A stretch of DNA of 64,000 nucleotides from contig NC_081365.1 of NCBI RefSeq assembly GCF_030684315.1, positions 47,911,205-47,975,204 of the forward strand. Direction: 5' to 3'. Source of the stretch: Stegostoma tigrinum (Eukaryota). Shown in pieces: positions 25,394 through 37,982 of the stretch (positions within the stretch are counted from its first letter, which is position 1; each line of letters starts with the position of its first letter). The position numbers and the translations under genes were made by a program. The notes below the pieces were generated by a model. That model did no database searches and had not been told where the DNA came from. It saw nothing but the letters and a program-made list of their open reading frames with translations.

Positions 25394-25482
25394 TTATTGT
25401 GGCACCTTTCCCATGCTTTCATAGATGTCATCATTTTCATTGTTTCCATCTTTAAGAGATTGTTTATTCTTCATTGTTTTAC
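25394..25482 (-). CDS. Ig-superfamily receptor exon 5: cytoplasmic tail (G)KTMKNKQSLKDGNNENDDIYESMGKVPQ*
   Basis: Acceptor TTTCTTTTATCTTGACAG, phase 1 matching the TM exon; acidic-preceded YxxM motif; TAA at 25394-25396. Confidence 0.75.
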
Positions 25483-28439
25483 CTGTCAAGATAAAAGAAA
25501 GTATGATTGTGGTTAGTTGTTCCTTCAAGAAATGGGGCAACATTCATATTTACATACGATTGTACACTAATTTGGACTGCAAGATGTCATTGGTGATTAC
25601 CACTTGATGGGGAGATGCAGGACATTAATTTGTAACTATAATACTTCAGTACAAATATATAAAATCATACATGTTTTCGTCTATTATTATATGCTTGTTT
25701 TGTATTCCACTTCTCTAAAACCTCTGCACGGTCTCACTTTACAGAGTTAACAGGAGGTCTCCAGAAATATTGCTTTTGATGCAATGTGTGGTTTGTAAAA
25801 GCATTCAGCAGCTTTTGAAACAAAAGAGCACCTAGTTAACTGCAGGAAAAGCAAGTTATCATTAGTTACACTAAATGCATCTTAACAGTGTATTCTATGC
25901 TTACATGCAGAATCTAAACTCCTTTCCTGCTAATTACGGGTGGTGTGCAAGGTAGGGGAATTAAATTGAGGCCAATGTCTCAGTTTAATCCTGTTATAAT
26001 ATATACCATCACTTTCACTTTGATATGAAAAGATCTCTGAAGTGTATCAAAATGAAAATAGTGGTGTAACTTGGAAGTGAGTTCCTGATTTGACTCCTGA
26101 AATCAATGAAGTTTGGAGGCGTGAGAAACTGTCTGGTAGGAAATCTCACACCAGTTAAAGTTCACAGCAAGTGTTTGCATAACCTTTTCATAACGTTGTA
26201 ATTTAGTTTTCAAAATGCTTGTATATTTTTCAAGTGTAAGTGTACAATGATTTTCACTCAAAATGGAAGTGGGTCTCTCCCCTGCTCTTTTCCCAAAATT
26301 AAAAATGAGCTTTCAAGCATGCTGGAACTCAACTCCAAATCATCAACCATAACAGGGGTTTGAAAGCTGTACATTACTTGTTAACTGGTTTCACATCATC
26401 ACCAGCTGTATAATGGCAGTCCAGGAGTACAGCAGTACCTAAATAGATCTAATTACACCTTGGCAATCAGTTTCTCCCCCATTTTCCTCCCCCCAGTTCA
26501 ACTTTCAAAATTTCAATGATGACATGGCCTGAAATATGGCACAGTTGATAGCTGGACAAATTTCACACTGAAAGCTACAGAAAAGCAACTGTCATGCACA
26601 ATTGCTTTGAAGTTATGATTTATAATGTGTATTTTTTCTGAATGGTTAAGGTTGGTGGATGGTGGATGGTGTGGGTTGGTAGGTGTGAAGCACAACTGCA
26701 TCACATTAGTGATAAAATTGAAAGCAGCTTCTGACTTTATCAATGAATATAGCAGAGAATCTACCGGTGGGTATATCGCTGATTGCCAAAACAAACCACT
26801 ACGGTCAGTGAAGTCAATGAGAATAGATAAGACATCATTTCCAAAGTCCACATATGCGCCAATTTCATTTTCAAAGCCTATCTCTATAGGAAAGTCAGAT
26901 TTTCCACAGGACCGTTTTTGGTAGGTTTGAGTGAATGGGAGATGTCGGGTCCAGCGGGAAGTGGGGTGCCAGGTTTGTGTGGGAAAGGGACGGATGTTGA
27001 GTCCTGGGGTTCATGTCAGGTTTGTTGGAGGGAGAGAGGGAATCGAGTCCAGCAAAGGGGAGAGGGCCCCAGATACAATACCTTGTCAATCAAGTTTTGT
27101 CCAATCAGTTTCTCCCCCATTTTCCTCCCCCCTCTACAGGAAGAGAGGGGTCATGTTAGGTTCTGGGAGGAATGAAGGGTCCTAGTGAGCTCCAGTTGTA
27201 CGAGCAATGGGGTAAGGTGAGGCTCAGTTTCAATGAACTGACCAATAAGGGCAAGGATAACAAACACCTTGTTCACTATCCTATCTATCTGTAACTTCAC
27301 CATTAAGGAACTATGAACCTGTACCCCAAGGTCTCTTTGTTTTCCAGGAGTTAGACTAATTTTATAGACTAACATCTCCTGAGTAACTATTTATTTAATT
27401 TCATTGAAACTTCCCAAACTCTCCAATTTAAAAGAACACTTTTGGAGGGTTCCAGATGTGCATGTAATTGCCCAGTCGAATCTGCAATTTCAGAGTCTCT
27501 TCAAAGTGTCCTACTTTGGGACTTGGGCAGCGCTGTAATGCACAACCTTCATCTATGTTGCAGGAAAATAACTGTTTGGCCATCAGAAAACTGGGTCAAT
27601 GTTGATTGAGGGATTTATAGTGGTCAGAACACCAAGTTTATCTTCTCTGTTCTAGTCGAAAATGGTAACATATGATCTCTTATGCTCTCCTGAGAGACCA
27701 GAAAGAATGACTAATGTAAAATAGGGCATCTCTGACAGTGCTGGATTCCCTTAATACTGCACTGATATATCAGCCTAGTCTATGTCCATAACTCCAAAAA
27801 CTTATGATACACTGCCAAATGGTAACAACTGAACCATGGCTTATTGTGAGACAGAAGTGGGTGGGTTGGTAAAATGAATGTCTCAGGATTCAGACTTTTA
27901 ACACTTTAACCTCCTACCTCCATCCAAAACCATGCACTTTTTGAAGTTAAAATTCCTTCAATGCATCTAGACATTTCTTGAGATTTTCATTTGAAATGCT
28001 ATACTTCAATTCTTGAGATCTTTGAATTTTTAAAAATAATCACACTTTAGGTTTATAGTTTAGTTTAGTATTTTGTCTGAATAATGAAAATGCATCAATA
28101 TGAAAAATTAGTTCTGTTTTTCTCTCCAGATGAGACCTGACCTGTTGAGAATTCCCAGCATTTTTCACTTCTATTTCAGTATTAATGGTATTTTGTCTAT
28201 GTACACACATGATGTGTTAGTACTTACTACAAGAAAACAAAGGGTATTGTTTCAGAAATTTAAAATCGTTGTTATTGTAATGTGGCTGCATGTTTGCTTA
28301 TGTGACATTTATAGAAGCAGGCAATGAGAGAATGAGTTATTTTGCACTCTTGGTATGACTTGTTTGCTGGGTTGACTTGTTATGAAGCACGCCATCCTTT
28401 AAAGTCCATTACATTTTATGGATTTTAAGGTAATTACAA

Positions 28440-29270
28440 GGTCATAGAGTTGTACAGCATGGAAACAGACACTTTGGTCCAACTCGTCCACGCCAACCAG
28501 ATATCCTAAATTAATCCAGTCCTTTTTGTCAGCATTTGCCCCATATCCCTCTAAACTATTCTTATTCGTATACCCATCCAGATGCTCTTTAAATGTTGTA
28601 ATTGTCCCAGCCTCCATCACTTCCTGTGGCAGCTCATTCCATACACACATCACCCTCTGGGTGAAAATGCTGCCCCTTGGGTGGCTTTTAAATCTTTCTC
28701 CTCTTACTTTAAACCTATACCCTCTGGTTTTGGACTCCTCTACTCTGGGGAAAAGACCTTGGCTGCTAACCATATTGATGCCCCTCATTGTTTTATAAAT
28801 ATCTATAAGGTCACTCCTCAGCCTCTGATGCTCGAGGGAAATTAGCCGCAGCCTATTCAGCCTCTCTCTGTAGCTCAAACCTTCCAATCCTGGCAACATC
28901 CTTCTAAGTATTTTCAAGTTTCACAACATCTTTCCTATAGCAAGGAGACCAGAATTCAATGCAGTAATCCTAAGAGGTCTAACCAATGTCCTGTACAGCC
29001 ACATCATGACATCCCAAATCCTCTAGTCAATGCACTGACCAATAAAGGCAAGCATAACAAACACCTTGTTCACTATCCTATCTATCTGTAACTTCACCAT
29101 TAAGGAACTATGAACCTGTACCCCAAGGTCTTTTTGTTCAGCAACACTCCTCAGGACCCTATCATTAAGTGTATCGATACTGGCCTGTTGTACCTTAGCA
29201 AGATGCAATACCTCACATTTATCCAAATTAAGCTCCAACTGCTACTCCTCAGACCTTTGGCCCATCAATT
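28440..29270 (-). mobile_element. CR1 LINE 3' fragment
   Basis: LPGLEGLSYRERL, VWNELP, DKCEVLH motifs in minus ORFs 28399-28917 and 29023-29238. Confidence 0.85.
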
Positions 29271-29998
29271 GCTACACTGTTTCCATGTATGCAAACTAGT
29301 TTGCACAATAGTATTATCAGCATTCAGTAGAAGATTAGTGTGCAATGTTTGTGGTTCGTCAGCCCAAGAGGCGCCTGTGGTTGTGGTCTCTGATGTGTTC
29401 TTGTATTTTCCAAAGCCATTAAACAACTAGTCTGACAAACAGCATAACAGTAAAATTTGACAACAAAATTGTGCAAGATATTATTTGATGCATGGTTATT
29501 TTTGCTATATTATGTTGTAAATCAATGATAGTAATTGCTCAGGATTAGAACATTTTATTGTTGATTATTTCTGTCGAGAAGTTCAGAGTCATCTGTAAAT
29601 GCTAAAGATTCATTTTCCAAAATTGTTAAAACCACAGGTGATTATGAGAAAGTTTACTGGGTGGAGCAAAGGTACTGTAAGGATTCTGGGTGAAAGTAGA
29701 TTTGGCAATCACAACTAGCAAATATACTGATGTTAATCATTTAAAAAAAAAACTCCTGTTTTTGGTATCTCCATGCAAACAGCAGTAAAACTTCGTGAAT
29801 GAAAATGAACTCTCAGGACGTTATTAACTTAACTTTATAATTCATGTAATCCTGATGTATATCCTGTTTAATTATGCTTATTATTTCTGTACATTAATAT
29901 GTTAATTAGTGATTTAAACCTCTTAATTTCCTTTTCTTCCTTAAAATTCTTTCCACTTGTCAAGATTTTCTTCATCTTGCCTGACAGATAACATACCC

Positions 29999-30168
29999 GA
30001 GATAACAAGGTGTGGAGCTGGATGAACACAGCAGGCCAAGCAGCATCAGAGGAGCAGGAAAGCTGACATTTCGGGCCTGGACACTTCCTGTGTTTGGGCC
30101 TGCTGTGTTCATCCAGCTCTACACCTTGTTATCTCAGATTGTCCAGCATCTGCAGTTCCTACTATCTT
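29999..30168. mobile_element. Miniature two-armed PLE insertion (second subfamily) in intron 4 of the Ig gene
   Basis: Inverted PLE 3' ends, right arm with tail; degraded flanking repeat AGATAACA. Confidence 0.75.
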
Positions 30169-30941
30169 AGATAACACAACCTCTCTGGCTCAGTCTCTTT
30201 TTTCGCTATTTATTCGTATTTCACATTAACAGCATCATTCTTTTTGTAGAGACAAATAACTGCCTTCCCACAGATTTCCACCAAGCTGAGGGCAAACTTG
30301 AAAGAGAATCCTGACAGAAATTAACAAAGACTTTCAAGCAATTTCCCTCATCATTCATTGCCTTTCAGTAAATCTATATTGGCATATCAATTGTTTAATA
30401 AGTAACCACATTTCATTACTAAATTTCAGAGAGGGGCCTGTTTTTAGAGATCAATTACGTTGTGGGCATTTACAATGTTGGGTTATTTTTCTTTAAGTTA
30501 ATTCTTGAGTGTGGGTATTGCTGACAAGAACAGCATTTATTGCACACATATCATTGCCCTAACTGGTGTTGGAGTTTGTGAGAAACTTTGTCTTGAATTG
30601 CATAGTATTTTGATAAAACTGAATGACTTGCTAAATCATTTTTGAGGGCAGATAAGAATTAAGCAAATTAATTAGGTACTACAGTTCTCAAATGGTAGGT
30701 AGGGATTGCAGGTTTCCTCACTAAAGCGTATTAGAGAACTATTTTATTGACATTTCAACAATTTCAATTTATTTTACTGATTCCAGTTTACTTTCTCTAT
30801 TTATACTTTTTAAACAAGATATTTTAATCAATGCTTATTTTCGTCACCTATTGGTTCCTGTTAAGTACCAAGCATAGAACTTTTTTTTTGTTTTGCATTC
30901 TCAGTCACGTAACTAACCATTTTTATTTTGTCTTCACTTAC

Positions 30942-31061
30942 CTTGCCTTCTTGACCTTCTCCTGCAATGTCTCACAACAGCCCAAGTCAAAATAGCTATG
31001 ATGATGAGTGCTCCTGTTCCAGACAATGCACCTATCAAACCATAATTTACCATGATGTAAT
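30942..31061 (-). CDS. Ig-superfamily receptor exon 4: transmembrane (D)YIMVNYGLIGALSGTGALIIIAILTWAVVRHCRRRSRRQ
   Basis: Acceptor TTTACTTTTTAG, donor AAG|GTAAGT, 120 nt phase 1-1; hydrophobic helix followed by a basic stop-transfer cluster. Confidence 0.9.
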
Positions 31062-31658
31062 CTAAAAAGTAAACCAAATATGTTAGATGAAACTGGTGAG
31101 ATGACTAGATATTCCATTAATGAATATGACCATAATTCGATGAGTTCCTGCAGTAGCAGGAGTTGTGCAATTTACTTCTTTATAACCAAGTAGGAATGGG
31201 CATTGTTATCATTTGGGTATTGTTCTTAGATAAGCACTTTTATAAAGTATACTTAATTGCTAGCCACGCAATTAACTTTTTGACTAGGAAAGGGAAGCCT
31301 ATTTACATGCTACTGAGACTCAGTTCAAACACGCCAATGTATAGCACTCCATCCTGGTGTCACCAAATTGTCAGCCTACTTATGAATTCAAAACTTGTTT
31401 TAGGCTATTTATTATTCAAGGAGATAAACTTCATTTATTTGGTCAAATGCTGCAACTCCATACATATTTCAATATAGAGTTTTTCAAGAGTTGGGGGAAC
31501 TTTAGAAGTTGGAAATGGAAATAAGAGCAGAATATCAGACAGAAATATATTAGATTTTGTATTATATTATAACTTATAACTTATGCATAGCTTTATAACA
31601 TTTATAATTTATACATTAGTTTCACAAAATGATAATACTGATCAAACAGAATTCTTAC

Positions 31659-31736
31659 CATTGGTTTCATTAGCTTTCATGAAAGTGAGGTTAAAGACTG
31701 CAGTTGTGTTCCAACCATAATATATTTGTACTTCCT
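31659..31736 (-). CDS. Ig-superfamily receptor exon 3: stalk (E)EVQIYYGWNTTAVFNLTFMKANETN
   Basis: Acceptor CTTATTTTCATTTTCAG, donor ATG|GTAAGA, 78 nt phase 1-1; three N-glycosylation sequons. Confidence 0.8.
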
Positions 31737-32739
31737 CTGAAAATGAAAATAAGAACAAGGAATTAATAACAAACGAGGAATTGTCTCTTGTTACAAATCA
31801 CGTCTTTGTGATTTAGGATACTGTCAAGTGTTCATGTTACCACAAAGTGTAGGAAATTTGCATTTTTAATAATGATTAGTATGTCACCCATGGTTTTTCT
31901 TACAGATGGAGGTAACTTGAGAAATTCTGAAGACTGGACAGCAACTGGAGATTGTGGAAACTACCAAGGAGTTGAGCGTAGCCCTACATGTTTGTTATGG
32001 AGTCAATACAAGCTTGGTTAGTAGCAAGTGAAGATATTTTGAGGTAATACTGAAAAATGCTGGAGAAACTCAGCAGGTCTGGCAGCATCTGTGGAGAAAG
32101 AAAGAGTTAATATTTTAAGTCTGGTATGATTCTTCTTTGAAATTGTGCTGATGTCAGATTTCCAGTATCCACAGTTTGTGTCTTTATATGAGATTTTGGG
32201 TATTACTTGCACCAAAATGCTGCTTTTATTGCTACACAATCAATTCCTAATGGTTGGGCCACTGTCAGATTTTTCACACAATTGTGGTTTTTCCATTCAT
32301 CAATCCTGTCAAATTTAGCATTCAGTTCACAGCTTCAGAGAGTTCAGCCACTCAGAATGACTGGACATGTTCACAGCAACTTAAAGAGAAATATGTTTGC
32401 ATTTACAGTCACCTAATGTCATTTTTCAAAAGTGGGCTAAAGACAATTAATGTAAATGCTGGAGCATTAAAAATGAAATACATAAAGGACTTATGCTAAA
32501 TAGCAGAATCCTGATGTGCTAATTGTGCTGGTTCTACTGGTATTGTGTAGGTTTGGTCTCACCACATTGCTGTGAAATACTCCAAGCAGTTGGACTATGG
32601 TGTAAATTGCTCCTCATGGAAAGATTTACGCATATAAACACCTTTGACCACAAGTCAATCAAGTAGTGGTGTGTACGTAACACACAATAGGCCCCATAAG
32701 ACTGTATAAGTAATTTGGTGGACTCACTCATAACTAGCA

Positions 32740-33500
32740 CCTACAGACAAGCACCAAAATGTAAGATTGGCTGCTCGTTAGAAAGCCCCTTTCCATTAGA
32801 TCTTTCCTGAAATCTTATCACCTTTGCATGGCAGCTGTGACGGAGAACAGACAGTGGTCCATATCCTTGTAAACTGTGCTTTTGTAAACAAGGTCTGAGA
32901 GAAATTGTTCGTTAATGTTCACCTTAAACTGCTCTGCAGTGCAAGACTGTACTCTAAATGCTGTTCCCAGGATATAACACTGATATAAATGTTAATTGCA
33001 GATGGAGTACCATTATCTGAGTGAAAGGTGCTCTTTGCTGGCATATTTCAACTTTCAGGACTATGAGCTATGAAATGCACTGAAGCTTGGGACAGCTATT
33101 CTCGAGGTGAAATGGAGAAAAGGCACTTCTAAAGGCACTTTTCAGCTAAAGTGCAATGAGAGGTTGGAAAATGTTGAATGCTTTGACCTAACAAGGAAAT
33201 ACTCTGGGAACTTCAACAGTATTGAATTGTTTTGAGGCACCTCATAGAGGAAAACAGTTTATTTTTATTGCATTTTCAGTAATTTTTCCATTTAAACCCT
33301 CAGACTTCCACCTACCCTCAGACTGTATGCCTGACAAGGAATGTACTTTGTATATACTGAGAATATGACAATTGTATTGACACAGCTGAGAGTGGAACAT
33401 GATGGAAAAAGTTATATTTTACTGCGTTTTCTATAATTTTTGGTCAAAATGCTTTGTAAAGTACTTTTAAATTTTTAATGACAATGCATATTTTTGGGAA
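32740..33500 (+). mobile_element. Decayed L1/Tx1-type LINE 3' end
   Basis: WLLVRKPLSIRSFL and SCDGEQTVVHILVNCAFVNKV resemble the Tx1/L1 C-terminal zinc-knuckle region. Confidence 0.5.
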
Positions 33501-34325
33501 AAAAGATGCTTGATTAATTTGCAGATCTGATAGTATTCTGATCTGTTTTGACATAATCCCACTAATTTCATAAAATGCAACTCTCACTTTGTCAGTTTAT
33601 AAAATCTTTGGAATAGTGTATATAACTGCAGTGGCATGGTTTTCATCCATAAGCTACAGTCCATAATGTAAACAAATCCAAATTGCAAGAACCAAGCAAT
33701 GAAAATATGGGTTTATGATTAATGAAGATGACAGAGAAGTTTGGAGTTAGACTGATAATGTTTTCTATGGGTGGGCATTAATGGTAAAAGTATGATGTTC
33801 CTTTCATACTGCACATGAACAGGGCACTATACTGTTGGTTCCTCATTCACTAATCCGACACAGACATAATTAACCTTGCTGCATTTAAAAAAGCAGAACA
33901 CTAGGCCTGTTTGAAAGACTAGCTCCTCACTGAAGGTGAGAAGCAAAACAATTTTAAGCAGTGAGAGAGAGAGAGCTGCATACAACAGGATACAGTTATA
34001 AAGCAAACATAAAATCTTGAAACCATATGTTTTGCTTCTGATTAAAAAATTGCAGATTCTGGAAATTTGAAATTAAAATATAAAGGACTGGAGTAACTCA
34101 GCAATTTTGTACCATCCGTGGAGAGAGAAGCAGAATTCTGAGTGTAACAGCTCTTCTTTGGAAACTCAGTTTGTGAACTTACTCTTTCACAATTCAGAAA
34201 AGAGATAAATAATTTATTGACTTTGATACGGTTGCTCTCCAAACGGATGGAAGGAGAGTGAAAGATCCACTTTCATGCATGCCCTGCACACAATTCTTAG
34301 CTTCAGCCAACTGAGACCAGAATTA

Positions 34326-34550
34326 GTGATAATGGGAACTGCAGATGCTGGAGAATCCAAGATAATAAAACATGAGGCTGGATGAACACAGCAGGCCCAG
34401 CAGCATCTCAGGAGCACAAAAGCTGACGTTTCGGGCCTAGACCCTTCATCATCATCTCTCTGATGAAGGGTCTAGGCCCGAAACGTCAGCTTTTGTGCTC
34501 CTGAGATGCTGCTGGGCCTGCTGTGTTCATCCAGCCTCACATTTTATTAC
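34326..34550. mobile_element. Young miniature two-armed PLE insertion in intron 2 of the Ig gene
   Basis: Near-perfect palindrome whose arms meet at the hammerhead core (intact plus-strand core 34460-34487); 15-bp TSD CTGAGACCAGAATTA at 34311-34325 and 34551-34565. Confidence 0.9.
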
Positions 34551-35884
34551 CTGAGACCAGAATTATTTTTGTTTAATATGGCTGGTATATAGTAACCCCG
34601 TTCCTTGTTGTGTGGAGAACATGATGGTGTTTCAATTCATGTTTGTAGATACAACTACGTACCCCCTGCTTGCAACTAGCCAGTTAAGAGTGAACCACAT
34701 TGGTAATGGGCTCAACCTGGTAAGAATAGCAGCTTTCCTTCCCAAAAGGGTGTAACCACACCAGATGAGTTTTCTTTAAACGGAATTCAAATTCTTAATT
34801 AGTTACCAAGTGACTGATAGGTCGACTAATCAAAACAGAAGAAATTCAGTTGCGGATCTTGATCAATGAATCTTCCTTTGCTCTCTAATTCAGTCTGTGC
34901 AACTGTTCGTGCTGTTTCCTTTCGGAGCTCTTTGTCACTGATATTTCTCCAAATTCTCCAACGAATTGTAAGCTGGTGCTTCCACTACTCACAGATTGGT
35001 GACTCAGACTCTCCGCCAGTTTTCTCTGTCTTTCCTTAAATCAAAGTGGGCGGGTCTGGGAGGGGTAAGAGGTGAGTGTGGTGAGATGCCCACTTGAACC
35101 ACTCACTCAACCCCGTCCCCAGCAACCTGCCCTGCAAAATATCTGTTCCCAATCAGTTTCAAGCAATCTGTTGATTGCATCATCCGAAAACCATAACCTT
35201 CACAGGATTTAAGACACTCCCCGTAACCTTCAAGAAAATACTGGGGATTTTCCTACTTATATAATGGTCAGACCACTAGGGCGACATAAAAGCTGAATAC
35301 CAAGACTTTCAGCGACACTGTTTCTTTTGTGGCCCACGCGCTAAATAATGGTCGTGACTGAATGACATTCAAGGAAGAGATGAAAAGGGGAAAAAAGAGA
35401 TGCTACAAAAAAAGTTCAGAATTTTAGCTCAGAGTCGTCAATGAGAATCGATCCTCAGAAAGCCAGACATGGGGGTGTAGATGAAATGACTCATTCACAT
35501 TCGAAGGACTCACGCTAACCATTTGCTTCATTGACAGATACTTTTTAATCTGAATGCAAACTAACTGCCGTTCCTTCAAGAATCCTTTGTCCTCCTCGCG
35601 AGAGGCAACATAAGTTGAATACTTGCACAGATCCTGCTGCTGTTTGCATTGCTTTTTTTCCCCTTTCCCGCGGGCAGAACTGTAATCTCGTGGGACTCGA
35701 TGTGTAAAATTGCCCCAAGCCAACCCTGAAGTAGGTGTTCTGAATAATGTACTTAATTGTCAACCTCTCTTTTTATTTGTAAAGAAAGAGATTGCTGGGA
35801 AAAAACTTGGTAGGTCTGGCAGCATCTGTAAAGACAAGCAGGATTAATGTTGTGAGTCCAGGGGCCCTTCCTTATTTTAAAAAT

Positions 35885-36450
35885 ATGAATCCCTACAGTC
35901 TAGAAACAGGTCTTGCGGCCCAACACCTCCACAGCGACTCAACCCGCTACTCTGTCCCTGTAACCCTACGTTTTCCATGGCCAATCCACCTAACCTGCTC
36001 ATCTTTGGACTGTGGGAAGAAACCGGAGCACCCTGTGGAAACCCGCACAATCAGTACCCCGAGGCTGGAGTGGAACCCACGTCCCTGGCACATTGAGGCA
36101 GCAGTGCTAACCAGCGTGCCATCGAAACCCATTCATTCAGGTAATGGTCAGAGCCTGGAACGCGCTGCCTGCAAGGGTAGTAGGAAGTCATAACACTTAA
36201 GAAGCATTTAGAGGTGCGTTTGGATGCCAAGACATTTCATAGGATTCCTGCAGTGTGGAAACAGGCCATTCGGCCCAACGAGTCCACACCGGCCCTCCGA
36301 AGAGCATCCCAACTAGACTCACCGCCCTACCCTATAGCTGTAACCCTGTATTTCTCACGGCTAACCTACACATCCCTGGACACTATGGGCAAGTTAGCAT
36401 GGCCAATCCACCTAACTTGCACATCTCTAGACTGTGGGAGGAAACCCGAT
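35885..36450 (-). mobile_element. Two HE1/V-SINE-like SINE copies
   Basis: GCCAATCCACCTAACCTG..GACTGTGGGAGGAAACC core present twice, matching the 41130-41470 SINE in reverse. Confidence 0.7.
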
Positions 36451-37101
36451 ACCTTCACAGATAATGAGTATCCTTAATCTACTGAATTTCTCCAGTAATT
36501 TCAGTTTTTGTTTCAGATTTCCAGCATTAGCAGTTTTTTTTAAAATAAATTGTTTCGTTCAATTTGGATTTTAATTTACGGGTTTGCCAGTTATGCTTCC
36601 TTTAAATTGGAACGGCGGGGGGGGGGGGGGGGGGGGGAGGTGGTGAACAGTTGACACCTGCAAATTTCTGTTGGCGCAGGTACATGACTTATGACTTATC
36701 ACAGTTAATCCTGATAGATTCGTTATAAACAAACAAGCGCCAAAGAAATAAAATGGTTTGATTCCCCGGTTTCTCCCTGTCGAATAGCCTACAAAGAGTT
36801 TAAAGGTTGCAGTTAGCTTTATTTGGCCGGTGTCTCTGCAACTTCATTTCTGTAATGTAATGATTGATGCACTTCATAGGGGCTCATGATATGGAAATAG
36901 CGAGCTAATAATCATTGATGCGGTAAAGTCGGTTCGATGAAGAGGTTACTCAAGTAAATAAGGTTCTCAGTAATACTTTAAGAGGAGAATCTCAGCTTTG
37001 CTGTTTAGCTCAGTTTTTCTTTCTCCTGCAGTTCCAGAAGTGACAAATAATACTGAGCAGCAACTTTTCCTGAGGGAGAACATAGCTGGTCTATTGTGTA
37101 A

Positions 37102-37234
37102 GAGAGAATGGGAACTGCAGATGCTGGAGATTCCAAGATAATAAAATGTGAGGCTGGATGAACACAGCAGGCCAAGCAGCATCTCAGGAGCTGCTTGGCC
37201 TGCTGTGTTCATCCAGCCTCACATTTTATTATCT
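37102..37234. mobile_element. Smallest two-armed PLE insertion (133 bp) in intron 2 of the Ig gene
   Basis: 15-bp TSD TGGTCTATTGTGTAA at 37087-37101 and 37235-37249; left arm has the tail, right arm is short; GC microhomology at the junction. Confidence 0.9.
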
Positions 37235-37496
37235 TGGTCTATTGTGTAATCCAGGTTTTGTTAAAAGGGCAAATGCAAACTACGAGGCCCAAGCAAAGAC
37301 AGCTCAATAATGTCAGAGCTATCCTCCATGGATTCACTTCCCGCACAATCTACATTGATAGGCACCGCTGGCATGCTTCTCATCACTTATAATCGTGTTT
37401 CCCCAACGCCAATGATTCATTGCAATTCGTTCCACGGATTGCAGTTATTAAACACTCCTTGAACGTCTCGAACGACATTGAACACACAATACTTAC

Positions 37497-37844
37497 CGAT
37501 CACGTTCACGATAATGTCCTTGGTGAACTGGTCTCCATTCCAATTTGTCACTGTGCAGGAGTATGTCCCGGAATCATGCGATGTCACATTCTGGATGGAG
37601 AGCGAATGGTTCGGGTAGATTTGTGACCGGTGCAAGTAGCCGCTGAACCAATGGGTATTCCATTTCTCTTCTTCTGACATTAACTGGACGATGGAGCGCC
37701 GGGTGTTGGTGCTCACATACTTCCACTCCACTGTGTGCACCTGGTCAGTGATACTGGTGAATGACACTTCCAGGAATATGTCCCTATTAACTCTTCCAGT
37801 GACAACCTTGGGGCTGGTTCCGGCGGCCGGTGTTGGCAGGACAG
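37497..37844 (-). CDS. Ig-superfamily receptor exon 2: V-type Ig domain (CD2/SLAM/CEACAM N-domain-like)
   Basis: Acceptor CCATCTCTTTCAG, donor TCG|GTAAGT, 348 nt phase 1-1; VEW (C strand), NHSLSIQNVTSHDSGTYSC (E-F strands); B-strand Cys absent (DIFLEV). Confidence 0.92.
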
Positions 37845-37927
37845 CTGAAAGAGATGGTACACAAGGTTAGGCAACTGCTCCATTCCTGTGGGACACAGTG
37901 GCAACAAGAGGCGCCCGCATGAATTAC

Positions 37928-37982
37928 CTTGCAGCCAACAGCTGTAGAATGCAGCCGTCAGGAACTTTCTTGTCCAGCTCAT
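37928..37982 (-). CDS. Ig-superfamily receptor exon 1: signal peptide MSWTRKFLTAAFYSCWLQ
   Basis: ATG at 37982 (alternative in-frame ATG at 38000), donor AAG|GTAATT phase 1, 83-bp intron to the V exon; lies in a CpG-enriched zone. Confidence 0.8.

Noticed and set aside
26513-27010. Overlapping ~100-160 codon open frames as a possible endogenous viral fragment
   Set aside because: No recognisable motif, start or splice context; kept only as part of the local duplication finding.
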